DNA from: an uncultured Clostridia bacterium
Lineage (GTDB): Bacteria > Bacillota > Clostridia > Oscillospirales > Acutalibacteraceae
Direction: 5' to 3'
DNA: 64,000 nt
Assembly (NCBI GenBank): GCA_937894845.1
Contig: CALCQJ010000122.1
Location: 2,660-66,659, forward strand
Below, one piece after another: positions 47,217 through 56,180 of the stretch (positions within the stretch are counted from its first letter, which is position 1; each line of letters starts with the position of its first letter). Below the pieces are notes generated by a model. It did no database searches. It was given only the letters and a program-made list of their open reading frames with translations, and had not been told where the DNA came from. The translations under genes and the position numbers were made by a program.

Positions 47217-48225
47217 GTTAATGGGAGCTGTCGCCGACTTTTTTCTGCATTATGGCGGGTGGGGGATAGTCGCAATTTTCGTTATCCTTATACTTTTTTT
47301 TGGTGACAGGCTGTTTACGTCTGTCGAACGGTTTTGGTCAGCGTTTCGCAATGTTAGCACATTTACTTTTAAACGATACACTTCAACAAGACTCAGCAAC
47401 CAGATACTCCAAGCGACAAAATCAATAAGTGGTATAAATAACGACCTGCTGCCATATCGGGTGAAAATTAAATGGATAAAAAGTGAACAGATAGAAAGTT
47501 TTTTAAAGAGCGGGCAGGTAATAATAAAAATTCGTGACGACGAAGATGTAAACAAATCATTTGTTTTAGCTATTGCCGAGTTTGTCAGGCAGGGCTTAGT
47601 TCACAATGTCAAGCGACATCTAAGAGATACTCATTTAGTGCAGGCAATCGATTTGTGCGCTGTAGATAAAATTTTGTCAAATGCATATATGGAGAGCCTG
47701 TCATATTTTGAAAAAAATATGCTCAATAATCTTTTAGAAACAGACGAAGATTTTGCAAAACGCTTTGAGGAGCTCCAATGTTTAGACTGCAGTGGTTTGT
47801 TCCTTCCGGTTTTTTTAAACGAGCTATCAAAGGTGCTAAGACGAATAAGCGGTCAGTATTTCATTGAAGACTATGAAACCGAGGCAAAATCATTCTTAAA
47901 TTTTCTTATCGAATTTTGCAGCGATAAGCATAAAAAGCTATGCTATAATGGAAAGTATATACAGATTTCTTTTGGATTGATCGCCAACAAGGCATTTATT
48001 TCACGCCACGGCAAAGACGCTTATGTAGAAAAGGTGCGTGAAAGCCTTTCCTCGGGAATTCAAACAGTTTATCTTTTCGGTTGGGGCGACAGAATAAAAA
48101 CCGTGCGCCAGGTAGCTGAAAAAGCGATACGCGGTGATGTACGCATAGCCTATATAAAAATACATCAATACCGTCATGTATTTGAAGATCGCAGCACGGC
48201 TCGTGCAATTTGCATTGAACTGTAA
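47203..48225 (+). CDS. N-terminally membrane-anchored protein, unknown function
   Basis: About 340 aa. SD AGGAGG at 47194-47199. Candidate starts are 47200, 47203, 47209 (GTG) and 47221. One TM helix (GWGIVAIFVILILFFG), then a soluble domain with no motif I recognise. Confidence 0.55.
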   Translation: MGVDKLMGAVADFFLHYGGWGIVAIFVILILFFGDRLFTSVERFWSAFRNVSTFTFKRYTSTRLSNQILQATKSISGINNDLLPYRVKIKWIKSEQIESFLKSGQVIIKIRDDEDVNKSFVLAIAEFVRQGLVHNVKRHLRDTHLVQAIDLCAVDKILSNAYMESLSYFEKNMLNNLLETDEDFAKRFEELQCLDCSGLFLPVFLNELSKVLRRISGQYFIEDYETEAKSFLNFLIEFCSDKHKKLCYNGKYIQISFGLIANKAFISRHGKDAYVEKVRESLSSGIQTVYLFGWGDRIKTVRQVAEKAIRGDVRIAYIKIHQYRHVFEDRSTARAICIEL

Positions 48226-48263
48226 ACAACGAATGATAAAAAGGGACGAAAAGCTGCTGTCAG

Positions 48264-48293
48264 TTGACAAGAACAGCGGCAACAGGTTATAAT
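48264..48293 (+). promoter_or_regulatory. Near-consensus sigma-A promoter
   Basis: TTGACA (48264-48269), an 18-nt spacer, then TATAAT (48288-48293), about 40 nt upstream of the ATG at 48335. Confidence 0.55.
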
Positions 48294-48334
48294 TTGTATG
48301 TTCTAATTTTTTCCAATAAAGGGGATTAAGCTTT

Positions 48335-48739
48335 ATGACTATGACGCTTGCGTCGCAGACTGTTGACGGCTCATCAAAGGCTGGCAGCATGGTTTTTTCT
48401 TGCTGGGCAATAGTACTTGTCTTGGCGGCTATGTCGTTTGTGTTTTTGAGACGGGGCAAAAAGGAATATTCGGCTGCAATTCTCCCTTTGCTGCTTACCC
48501 CTTTTGCAAATATAATTGGCAGTATACCTGCACGCTTTTTATCTCGCTTTGTGCCGCTGTCTACGATAGAACTTCGCGTTATAATAGTGCTTACTGCAGG
48601 TCTGTTTTCCTGTCTTTTGCTCGGTATCGGTTCACGCAAAATAAAAGGACACCGCACGCGCCAAATATTTTTCTGGTGCTGTGCGGCATTTGTCATTATT
48701 TTGACACTTGTGCTGGTTATCAACGCAATGATTTCATAG
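48335..48739 (+). CDS. Small 4-TM membrane protein, unknown function
   Basis: 134 aa. SD AAAGGGGA. Hydrophobic helices throughout. Its 3' end overlaps the aroK stop by 6 nt (convergent genes). Confidence 0.55.
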   Translation: MTMTLASQTVDGSSKAGSMVFSCWAIVLVLAAMSFVFLRRGKKEYSAAILPLLLTPFANIIGSIPARFLSRFVPLSTIELRVIIVLTAGLFSCLLLGIGSRKIKGHRTRQIFFWCCAAFVIILTLVLVINAMIS

Positions 48740-49246
48740 TGAAGGTAAATCCAAAGCTTTTATAATATCCTGTGCTACGGTATTAGCGTCGGCGGCTGCA
48801 TTTACTGTGAATGCTGCTGCCGCTTTGTATAGTGGCATTCGCTGTTTATATAAAGCACGCGCAGCGTTTTCGCGGTCGGGTCGGGCAAGTAAAGGGCGGG
48901 TGTTATCGCCCTTTAGACGCTCTAATATCACTTCGACAGGCACATCGAGCAGAACAATATCACCTGTAGCTGAGAGCGCTTTTTTATTTTCAGTAAAGGT
49001 TAGTGCACCGCCGCCCACTGCTATAACAAGTCCCTTTTGTGCTGCAAGATTGGCACATGCTTCGCGTTCAAGGCATCGAAAATGCTGCTGGGAAAATTTT
49101 TCAAATATTTCAGGTATTGTCATACCGGTTTTTTGAACAATCAATTCGTCTGTATCTTCAAACCGCCGTCCCGTCAAACAGGCCAGGTGTTGCCCCACGG
49201 TGGTTTTGCCGCTGCCCATAAAACCACATAAAATGATGTTTCGCAT
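48734..49246 (-). CDS. aroK: Shikimate kinase
   Basis: 170 aa. P-loop GFMGSGKTTVG. Confidence 0.9.
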   Translation of the reverse strand: MRNIILCGFMGSGKTTVGQHLACLTGRRFEDTDELIVQKTGMTIPEIFEKFSQQHFRCLEREACANLAAQKGLVIAVGGGALTFTENKKALSATGDIVLLDVPVEVILERLKGDNTRPLLARPDRENAARALYKQRMPLYKAAAAFTVNAAADANTVAQDIIKALDLPSL

Positions 49247-49260
49247 CAGTCTTCTTCCTT

Positions 49261-50112
49261 TCAGGCAAAATGACGACGCATTTCTTCAGACGCATCATCA
49301 ATAAGCTGCACAATGTCGTCAGTATCAAATTTTGTTCCATGCCAAATTTCATGTGCAGCTACCGCTTGCCATACCAGCATAGGCATACCCCCCAGCGTGC
49401 GTGCTCCGTTTGCAGCGGCGCATTTTAGCAGTTCAGTTTGAGCAGGGTTATATACGGCATCAAACACCGCAGCGGCGCGTGATACGGTTTTTTGGTCAAC
49501 AGGCATATTGTGACTGTTCGGGTACATACCCACCGGTGTTGCGTTTATCATCAATTCAAAATTACCGTCAAGCGAGTCAAGTGTTGTTATTGTATATGAA
49601 GTCTGTGGCTTTAATTTTAGCACATAATCACGAAGCTCATCGGCTTTTTTAAAATCCACCGGGCGAACGGCATTTACAATCGAGCATCCTGCCAGTGCCG
49701 CCTCACACGCAAATGTGCGGCCTACTCCGCCGCTTCCCAAAATTGCAATATTACCTTCAAGGCGAATATTCTCAAGGCGCAGTGCATTAAGAAAGCCGTC
49801 CGCATCTGTGTTGTGACCCATACAGCCATTTTCATCTATACTTATGGTATTAACCGAACGGTAAAGCTGTGCACGACCGCACAGACCGTCAAGAAAAGGC
49901 AACACTTGCTGTTTGTGTGGGATTGTAACATTTATCCCACCTGCATGGTCTAAAAGAGAGGTAAGCATTACCTTTAGCTTGTCGGGGGGTATGTCATATA
50001 CAGAATAATCTGCATCAAATTTTTTTAAATTGAACAACCGTTTGTGAATAAACGGAGACATACTGTGTCCTATTGGGTGACCGATTACATAGAACTGCGT
50101 TTTTTGAGCCAT
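49261..50112 (-). CDS. aroE: Shikimate dehydrogenase
   Basis: 283 aa. VIGHPIGHSMSP and GSGGVGR motifs. Only 14 nt upstream of aroK. Confidence 0.9.
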   Translation of the reverse strand: MAQKTQFYVIGHPIGHSMSPFIHKRLFNLKKFDADYSVYDIPPDKLKVMLTSLLDHAGGINVTIPHKQQVLPFLDGLCGRAQLYRSVNTISIDENGCMGHNTDADGFLNALRLENIRLEGNIAILGSGGVGRTFACEAALAGCSIVNAVRPVDFKKADELRDYVLKLKPQTSYTITTLDSLDGNFELMINATPVGMYPNSHNMPVDQKTVSRAAAVFDAVYNPAQTELLKCAAANGARTLGGMPMLVWQAVAAHEIWHGTKFDTDDIVQLIDDASEEMRRHFA

Positions 50113-50188
50113 AATAGATCAGCCTTTCAATAAAAACAAGCCGCTACACAAGTTTTTTAAAATTATATGATAAATTTTAAAAATATGA

Positions 50189-50217
50189 TTGACAAAACAG
50201 CATTTTACTAATAATAT
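50189..50217 (+). promoter_or_regulatory. Candidate sigma-A promoter for acpP
   Basis: TTGACA, a 17-nt spacer, then TAATAT. Confidence 0.45.
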
Positions 50218-50333
50218 TTTGGTGTACTTGGTTTTGTGGGCAAATAAAGCTGCATAGATTATAGCACAAAGCCACGCCTCTGTCTATTTTAGACAAGCGC
50301 AAAATAGGTCACTATGAAGGAAGGATGAGCTGG

Positions 50334-50561
50334 ATGGTACTGGAAAAGGTGAAAGCAATACTTGCGGGTCAATTTGATGTCGAAGAGGACACTATAACTC
50401 CGGAAACAAATATTGCGGATGATTTGGGCGCCGACTCGCTGGATGTGGTGGATATGCTGATGTCCCTCGAGGACGAGTTTGACGTGGAAATCCCGGACGA
50501 AGAAATAGAAAAAATGCAAACGGTCGGTGATGTTGTAACCTACATTGAGGAGAATATGTAG
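50334..50561 (+). CDS. acpP: Acyl carrier protein
   Basis: LGADSLDVVDMLMSLEDEF contains the phosphopantetheine Ser in the DSL motif. SD GAAGGAAGGA precedes the ATG at 50334. Confidence 0.85.
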   Translation: MVLEKVKAILAGQFDVEEDTITPETNIADDLGADSLDVVDMLMSLEDEFDVEIPDEEIEKMQTVGDVVTYIEENM

Positions 50562-50624
50562 GCATATCGGCGCACCTTGATTGTTATACTAATAATTGAT
50601 ATTAGTATAAATGCAATTAAATAA

Positions 50625-50664
50625 AAAAGGAGAGCAGTGCTTTAAGCCTGCATCTCCTTTTTTA
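50625..50664. terminator. Bidirectional terminator between acpP and rsmA
   Basis: AAAAGGAGAGCAG / CTGCATCTCCTTTT stem with one bulge, flanked by A/T runs. Confidence 0.6.
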
Positions 50665-50665
50665 T

Positions 50666-51541
50666 TTAGATTTTCTCAAGTTCAAATCCAAAATCATATG
50701 CAAGGTTTGCAATTCTAATAAACTCACAAAGTGTTAATTGTTCGGCACGTGCGGTTCGCGGCACATTCGCATCATCAAGCAGTGCGCCAACCTGTTCTTT
50801 TGCAAGCCCGGTATCCGTCAATGAATTATAAAGTGTTTTGCGTCGTTTACCGAACGCTGAGCGTATAAAGCAAAAAAGCAACTTTTCACTTTTTACCTCG
50901 TACGGAGTGGCTTTATGAATATTAAGGCGTATTACCGCGCTGTCTACATTGGGCGCAGGCATAAAACTGCCACGCGATACCGAAAAAAGAATCTCAGGTC
51001 TTGAATAATACCATACAGCAAGAGATATGGCTCCGCATTCGCGGGTACCCGGCTGCGAGCATAGCCGCACCGCAGTCTCTTTTTGCACCATAACTGTAAT
51101 ATTATCCACCGGCAACCGACTTTCAAGCAGGTGCATAATAATAGGAGATGTTATATAATAAGGCAGGTTGGCGCACACAGCCACCTTTAGACCTGCAAAC
51201 TCACGCTCAATCAAATTTTGATAATCAGTTTCCATAGCGTCACCGTGGATTATGCGTGTATTGGTGACATCTTCGAGTGTTTCACTAAGGACCGGCAGCA
51301 GACGGTTATCAATTTCAATAGCGACAACATGGGCGGCTCGAGCGGCAAGCTCACGCGTCAAAACACCAATACCGGGTCCTATTTCCAATACTCCTGTCTT
51401 ACTGTCTGCACCACAGGCCTCTGCCATTTTTGGGCATACCGAAGGGTTTATCAGAAAATTTTGTCCAAGTGACTTTGTAAATTTAAATCCGTGTTGTTTA
51501 AGCAATGAACGGATTTTAGATATATCAGTAAGCTTGTCCAA
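50666..51541 (-). CDS. rsmA: 16S rRNA (adenine1518/1519-N6)-dimethyltransferase
   Basis: KSLGQNFL and EIGPGIGVLT SAM motifs. The ORF extends to 51748 but overlaps cdd there. The TTG at 51541, just after the cdd stop, gives a normal N-terminus (MDKLTDISKIRSLLKQHGF). Confidence 0.8.
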   Translation of the reverse strand: MDKLTDISKIRSLLKQHGFKFTKSLGQNFLINPSVCPKMAEACGADSKTGVLEIGPGIGVLTRELAARAAHVVAIEIDNRLLPVLSETLEDVTNTRIIHGDAMETDYQNLIEREFAGLKVAVCANLPYYITSPIIMHLLESRLPVDNITVMVQKETAVRLCSQPGTRECGAISLAVWYYSRPEILFSVSRGSFMPAPNVDSAVIRLNIHKATPYEVKSEKLLFCFIRSAFGKRRKTLYNSLTDTGLAKEQVGALLDDANVPRTARAEQLTLCEFIRIANLAYDFGFELEKI

Positions 51542-51545
51542 CGTA

Positions 51546-51950
51546 TCAATCCATTCTACTAAATTCAACAAAGGCGTCGGGAAGCAACTCCGACAACATC
51601 GTTTTTTTATAGTCTTCCCCTTGCGCTGCAGCACATAATACAGGAATGTCGCCAAATTCAGCGAGCACCTGCCGGCATATCCCGCATGGCGAAACCGGTT
51701 GTTTGCCAGCTGCCACAGCAATAGCGACAAAGCTACGCTCTCCCGCACTTATTGCAGAGGTTAAGGCGGCCCGCTCTGCACAGATTGTAGCACCCAGTGA
51801 AGCGTTTTCACAATTTGCACCAGTATATATTTTGCCCGATTTGGCTAAAAGTGCAGCGCCAACGGCAAAGTCTGAATAAGGGCAGTAGGCATTGACGCGC
51901 ACCTTCTGTGCAAGGCTGACAAGCTCAAGCAGCTTTGTTTTACTAATCAT
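51546..51950 (-). CDS. cdd: Cytidine deaminase
   Basis: CAERAAL and PCGICRQ zinc motifs. Probable start at 51950 (MISKTKLLEL). Confidence 0.85.
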   Translation of the reverse strand: MISKTKLLELVSLAQKVRVNAYCPYSDFAVGAALLAKSGKIYTGANCENASLGATICAERAALTSAISAGERSFVAIAVAAGKQPVSPCGICRQVLAEFGDIPVLCAAAQGEDYKKTMLSELLPDAFVEFSRMD

Positions 51951-51982
51951 TATGATTTTTACCCCATTGTATTTAACATTAG

Positions 51983-52003
51983 GGGCGGATTCCATATCCG
52001 CCC
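51983..52003 (+). repeat. REP-like hairpin element (GGGCGGAT subfamily)
   Basis: TTAG-GGGCGGAT-TCCAT-ATCCGCCC-G. Nearly identical to the copy at 63118-63138 on the opposite strand. Confidence 0.7.
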
Positions 52004-52099
52004 GTTCAATGATTCAATCAAGGCTTTTTGTTGATAAATATATTGAATTGAGTTATTATATGAAAAGTAATATAAAAATCTGAAAGGCACGGGATTTAA

Positions 52100-52588
52100 A
52101 TGAACAGACGCGACAAGGAAAACTATTATCTCGATATTGCCCAGGCCGTATCAGAACGGGGCACATGCTTAAGACGCAATTTTGGCGCAATTATAGTAAA
52201 GAATGATCAAATCCAGTCAACAGGCTATACAGGCGCGCCGCGTGGGCGTAAAAACTGTTGTGATTTAAAAACCTGTCTGAGAGAAAGCATGAACATACCA
52301 AGGGGAGAACGCTACGAGCTTTGCCGTTCGGTCCACGCCGAGGCCAACGCAATTATAAGCTCCGCCCGCAGTGACATGATAGACTCAACACTATACCTTG
52401 TAGGCGTCGACAGAAAAAGCGGTGAGCTTGTCAAAAACGCCTGTTCCTGCTCGATGTGCAAAAGATTGATTATCAATGCGGGTATTTGCCGCGTCATTAT
52501 TCGAAACACCCCTAATGATTTTACGGTGGTATACGTGCAAGACTGGGTTGAAAATGACGATTCACTTGATGGCAAGAAAGGCTATTAA
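52100..52588 (+). CDS. dCMP (deoxycytidylate) deaminase family protein
   Basis: HAEANAI and CSCSMCKRLIINAGI zinc-binding motifs. Confidence 0.8.
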   Translation: MNRRDKENYYLDIAQAVSERGTCLRRNFGAIIVKNDQIQSTGYTGAPRGRKNCCDLKTCLRESMNIPRGERYELCRSVHAEANAIISSARSDMIDSTLYLVGVDRKSGELVKNACSCSMCKRLIINAGICRVIIRNTPNDFTVVYVQDWVENDDSLDGKKGY

Positions 52589-53964
52589 CGATATCTCTTT
52601 AGGTTTTTATAACGTCTGTGTCTGCGCTTGCGATTGTGCACTAATCCGAGAATAAAGTAGCCTATAAGAAGCAGTGCAAGCAGCACAAGTCCGATGAAAA
52701 ACCACGACGATGATAAAAATGTCTGTACATTGGCCCACATCGCAAGCAACTGGCTACGTTCGACTGACTCGCTCGCTATTAAATCCACTTCCCCTATTAT
52801 TTGGTCAACATTTGTTTTTAGCATTACCTTCCCCAACACTTGTCCTTTGGTAATCGGCGCGTCAACACTGTCAGCTGTTAGGTTGATATCATATTCAATC
52901 GTCGACTTGTCCAGCCCTTTGATTACGATTGCAGCAACATCATTTTTGGGCCTTAATGGTACGCTGTCCTTATCCCATGCAAGGTTTACTTTAATTTGTG
53001 TTACCGTTTCATATTTATCCAGCAATTTTTCATATGTGAAATTGTTAAAAGCCCACTGATACAGTGCCCGTGTATCTTTAAAGTATACTCCTCTGTTTCC
53101 TTGCTCATCCGTGTCGGGCTCACCCATTACAATACACAGGTATTCATATCCGCTGTCTCTTGCAACCGATGCAAGGCAGCGTCCTGCAGGAGTGGTATAA
53201 CCTGTCTTACCGAACGCCATCGGAGAATAATAATACGAAGTGGTAGAGCGTAGCATATCGTTGGTTGTCGCATATGTGCGCTTAGTGCCGCCGCTTACCG
53301 GATTGCATGTATGTTGCAATGCGGCGAACAAAGGCTCGTATTCGGGATACTCCATTGCGTACCGCATGATTTTATATAAGTCACGGGCTGTTGTGTATTG
53401 GTTAAGGCTGTCAATCCCGGTGACGTTGGCAAAGCTGGTGTTTTCGCATCCGATTTTCTTGGCAAGTGTGTTCATTTCGGCTACAAATTGTGAGTGGCTT
53501 CCGGATAGAGTGATAGCTAATGTCACGCATGCGTCGGCTGCCGTTTGAATCATTGATATCGACAGCAAATCGCGAACAGTCCACTCCTCTCCGACTTGCA
53601 TTTGAACCGTAGTCAGGCCGGTACCCGCAATAATATTGAAACCCTCGCTGGAATACTTGCCTGTTACCTTGTCAATGTCGATTCCTTTATCTCTGATTAT
53701 TTCTATTGCAGTAACGCCCACCATTATGCGCACTAATGCTGCGGGGGATCTTTTTGAATCGGACTGCTTTTCATACAGTACCGTATCCTCCTCGGGCGTT
53801 GCGCCAAGGCTTACTAAAATTGCCGAGTTGGCACTTATTTTCATGTTGGACGGCAAATCATACAGTACGCCCGCCGCCTGTGCCGAAGTATGAAGAAGTA
53901 CGGATGTAAGCCCGGCAATTATTACCGCAATTCGAGATATAATTCTTAATCCTGGTTTTTTCAT
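52585..53964 (-). CDS. PBP5/DacA-like D,D-carboxypeptidase homologue with degenerate catalytic motifs and a C-terminal TM anchor
   Basis: Signal peptide. The fold aligns by eye to DacA. The SxxK position reads A-L-V-R (nt 53728-53739), the SxN position reads T-A-A, and KTG is retained (FGKTGYT). Confidence 0.7.
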   Translation of the reverse strand: MKKPGLRIISRIAVIIAGLTSVLLHTSAQAAGVLYDLPSNMKISANSAILVSLGATPEEDTVLYEKQSDSKRSPAALVRIMVGVTAIEIIRDKGIDIDKVTGKYSSEGFNIIAGTGLTTVQMQVGEEWTVRDLLSISMIQTAADACVTLAITLSGSHSQFVAEMNTLAKKIGCENTSFANVTGIDSLNQYTTARDLYKIMRYAMEYPEYEPLFAALQHTCNPVSGGTKRTYATTNDMLRSTTSYYYSPMAFGKTGYTTPAGRCLASVARDSGYEYLCIVMGEPDTDEQGNRGVYFKDTRALYQWAFNNFTYEKLLDKYETVTQIKVNLAWDKDSVPLRPKNDVAAIVIKGLDKSTIEYDINLTADSVDAPITKGQVLGKVMLKTNVDQIIGEVDLIASESVERSQLLAMWANVQTFLSSSWFFIGLVLLALLLIGYFILGLVHNRKRRHRRYKNLKRYR

Positions 53965-54030
53965 AGTCCTGTTCACCCATTTAATATGTTTTGCAAATGT
54001 TATTATTAAAATGAAAGGCTTGGTTATTTC

Positions 54031-54711
54031 ATGGTATATGTCACCGGCGACACACACGGGGATTTTTCCCGTTTCAAAAGTCGAGCAGCTCGCCGCCTGC
54101 GACGCGGAGATACGCTCATTGTACTCGGAGACTTTGGTTTTATATGGGACGGTTCAAAAAAAGAGAGAAGCATATTAAAAAGACTTTCTAAAAAAAAATA
54201 TAATATTCTGTTTTTGGACGGTCCGCATGAAAACTATGATATGCTGCGCGACATACCGATTTCCGAATGGAACGGCGGCCGTGTGCAGATTATCGAGGGC
54301 AACCTCATGCATCTGTTGCGCGGTGAAATATATAATATTGAAAACGAAAGTTATTTTGTGTTTGGCGGGGGAGAGGGTAACGACCGTGATATGCGTGATG
54401 AGGCCAAGACATGGTGGGAGGAAGAAATGCCGTCTGCCGAGCAAATGCAGAACGGGCTGCTTAGCCTTGAAAAGCACGGCAACAAGGTGGATTATATACT
54501 TACGCACGAATACCCGGGCAGGGGAGCGGGATTTTTTGGGACGACCGGTCGCAAAAACGGCCTAAATGCCTATCTCGGCCTGATTGCAAGTGAGGTTGAA
54601 TATAAGCAATGGTACGTTGGATCGCTGCACATTGACAGGTCACTAAGCAAAAGGTTGCATGCTGTCTTTCAGCAAATTCGTCCGGTTAATTCTGCTATTG
54701 ATAAAAGATAA
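54031..54711 (+). CDS. Metallophosphoesterase
   Basis: N-terminal YVTGDTHGD. GDFGFIW and LTHEYP motifs. Confidence 0.75.
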   Translation: MVYVTGDTHGDFSRFKSRAARRLRRGDTLIVLGDFGFIWDGSKKERSILKRLSKKKYNILFLDGPHENYDMLRDIPISEWNGGRVQIIEGNLMHLLRGEIYNIENESYFVFGGGEGNDRDMRDEAKTWWEEEMPSAEQMQNGLLSLEKHGNKVDYILTHEYPGRGAGFFGTTGRKNGLNAYLGLIASEVEYKQWYVGSLHIDRSLSKRLHAVFQQIRPVNSAIDKR

Positions 54712-54712
54712 G

Positions 54713-55306
54713 CTATACATCCTCATAAATTAATTCTGTGCGGGTGCAAATATCATTGATTTTATTACGCAATTCAAGAAAATCTGCAAAAGCTTGCGGC
54801 TTTTGATTTGGGTTACGCAACAAAGCGGCTGGGTGAAAAGTGCCCATCATCAAAGTCTCGCCCTTCTTGATAAACTGGCCGTGTTGTTTTGTCACCTTAA
54901 AATCGGGTGAAATAATACGACATGCCGCCACGCGACCGAGACACACAATGATTTTGGGGCGAATAAGAGCCGTTTGTGCCCTAAGCCAGTTAATACATGC
55001 TTCCTGTTCAGCCGGCAGAGGGTCGCGGTTGTTGGGTGGGCGGCATTTGACTATGTTTGCAATATATATATTATGTTTGCGTGACAGTCCCACAGCCGCA
55101 AGCATCTTGTCCAAAAGCCGGCCTGATCTGCCCACAAAAGGTTCGCCTTTCAGATCCTCCTGCTCGCCGGGTCCTTCACCTACGAACATCACCTCGGATT
55201 TCGGGTTGCCGACGCCGACAACCACATTTGTGCGAGTTGACGCAAGGTCACAGACATTGCAGATTTTGCATTGCTCTATTAAATTATCCCAGTTCCCGTG
55301 TGCCAT
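54713..55306 (-). CDS. Uracil-DNA glycosylase, family 4
   Basis: CxxC Fe-S ligands (CKICNVC) and GEGPGEQED motif. Confidence 0.85.
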   Translation of the reverse strand: MAHGNWDNLIEQCKICNVCDLASTRTNVVVGVGNPKSEVMFVGEGPGEQEDLKGEPFVGRSGRLLDKMLAAVGLSRKHNIYIANIVKCRPPNNRDPLPAEQEACINWLRAQTALIRPKIIVCLGRVAACRIISPDFKVTKQHGQFIKKGETLMMGTFHPAALLRNPNQKPQAFADFLELRNKINDICTRTELIYEDV

Positions 55307-55463
55307 TTAACCAGCCTTCCAATTTTGCAGAACACCATTTTAATAATATATTAGCTTTTCTTGCCTTTATAATACCATACTTTAGCTTGAAATAACAGCC
55401 CTAAGGCGTTACAATAATATTATAAAAGAAATTAGTACTAATTGAAAGGATGTTCTATATAAA

Positions 55464-56039
55464 ATGGAAAAACAGGTTTTGATCGAAACGTCGGCTCGTC
55501 ATGTACACTTGTCGCGCAAGGATTTGGATACCCTTTTCGGCGAAGGCTACGAACTCACTAAAAAGAAGGATTTGTCGCAGCCCGGACAGTTTGCTTGCAA
55601 TGAGAGGGTTGACATTATCGGGCCTAAAAGGACGCTTACCGGCGTTTCTATTTTAGGACCTGTGCGAAAGAATACGCAAGTAGAAATATCTCTGACCGAT
55701 TCACGCTCGATAGGCGTAGAGGCGCACATACGCGAGTCCGGCGACACAGCCGGTTCTGCCCCATGCAAAATTGTAGGACCAAAGGGCGAGGTTGAGCTTT
55801 CGCAGGGTGTTATTGTTGCAAAGCGCCACATACACATGACATCGGCAGACGCGCAGGAATTTGGTGTAAAAGACAAAGATGTAGTAAGCGTAAAGGTAAA
55901 AACTGACGCGCGTTCCCTTGTGTTCGGCGATGTGGTTGTACGCGTAAGCGACAGCTTTTCACTTGCAATGCACATTGATACGGATGAGTCTAACGCTGCC
56001 GGTATAAAAAGTGCAGTTTTCGGCACAGTAATCAAATAA
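55464..56039 (+). CDS. pduL: Phosphate propanoyl/acetyl-transferase PduL
   Basis: Duplicated SARHVHLS and AKRHIHM motifs. Confidence 0.85.
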   Translation: MEKQVLIETSARHVHLSRKDLDTLFGEGYELTKKKDLSQPGQFACNERVDIIGPKRTLTGVSILGPVRKNTQVEISLTDSRSIGVEAHIRESGDTAGSAPCKIVGPKGEVELSQGVIVAKRHIHMTSADAQEFGVKDKDVVSVKVKTDARSLVFGDVVVRVSDSFSLAMHIDTDESNAAGIKSAVFGTVIK

Positions 56040-56060
56040 TATAAAAATACAGTGCACATA

Positions 56061-56102
56061 AAACCGAACGGACTGATAAACAAATCAGTCCGTTCGGTTT
56101 TT
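56061..56102. terminator. Bidirectional intrinsic terminator
   Basis: Perfect 17-bp stem AAACCGAACGGACTGAT / ATCAGTCCGTTCGGTTT with T-runs on both strands. Confidence 0.75.
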
Positions 56103-56180
56103 GGGAAAAGTAGGGCTCGATACCCTTAACGCGCCGATGGTAAAAAGCAGTTATCCAAATAGGGATTCGTATTTTTCAAA

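Noticed and set aside
48001-48723. 240-aa ORF on the minus strand
   Set aside because: It is antisense to two better-supported plus-strand genes (47203-48225 and 48335-48739, each with an SD or promoter). It has no SD of its own and a composition typical of a shadow frame.
54190-54198. A9 homopolymer inside the metallophosphoesterase coding sequence (KKK), considered as a phase-variation switch
   Set aside because: It is a single moderate-length tract in an intact ORF. Without population data there is no evidence of variation.
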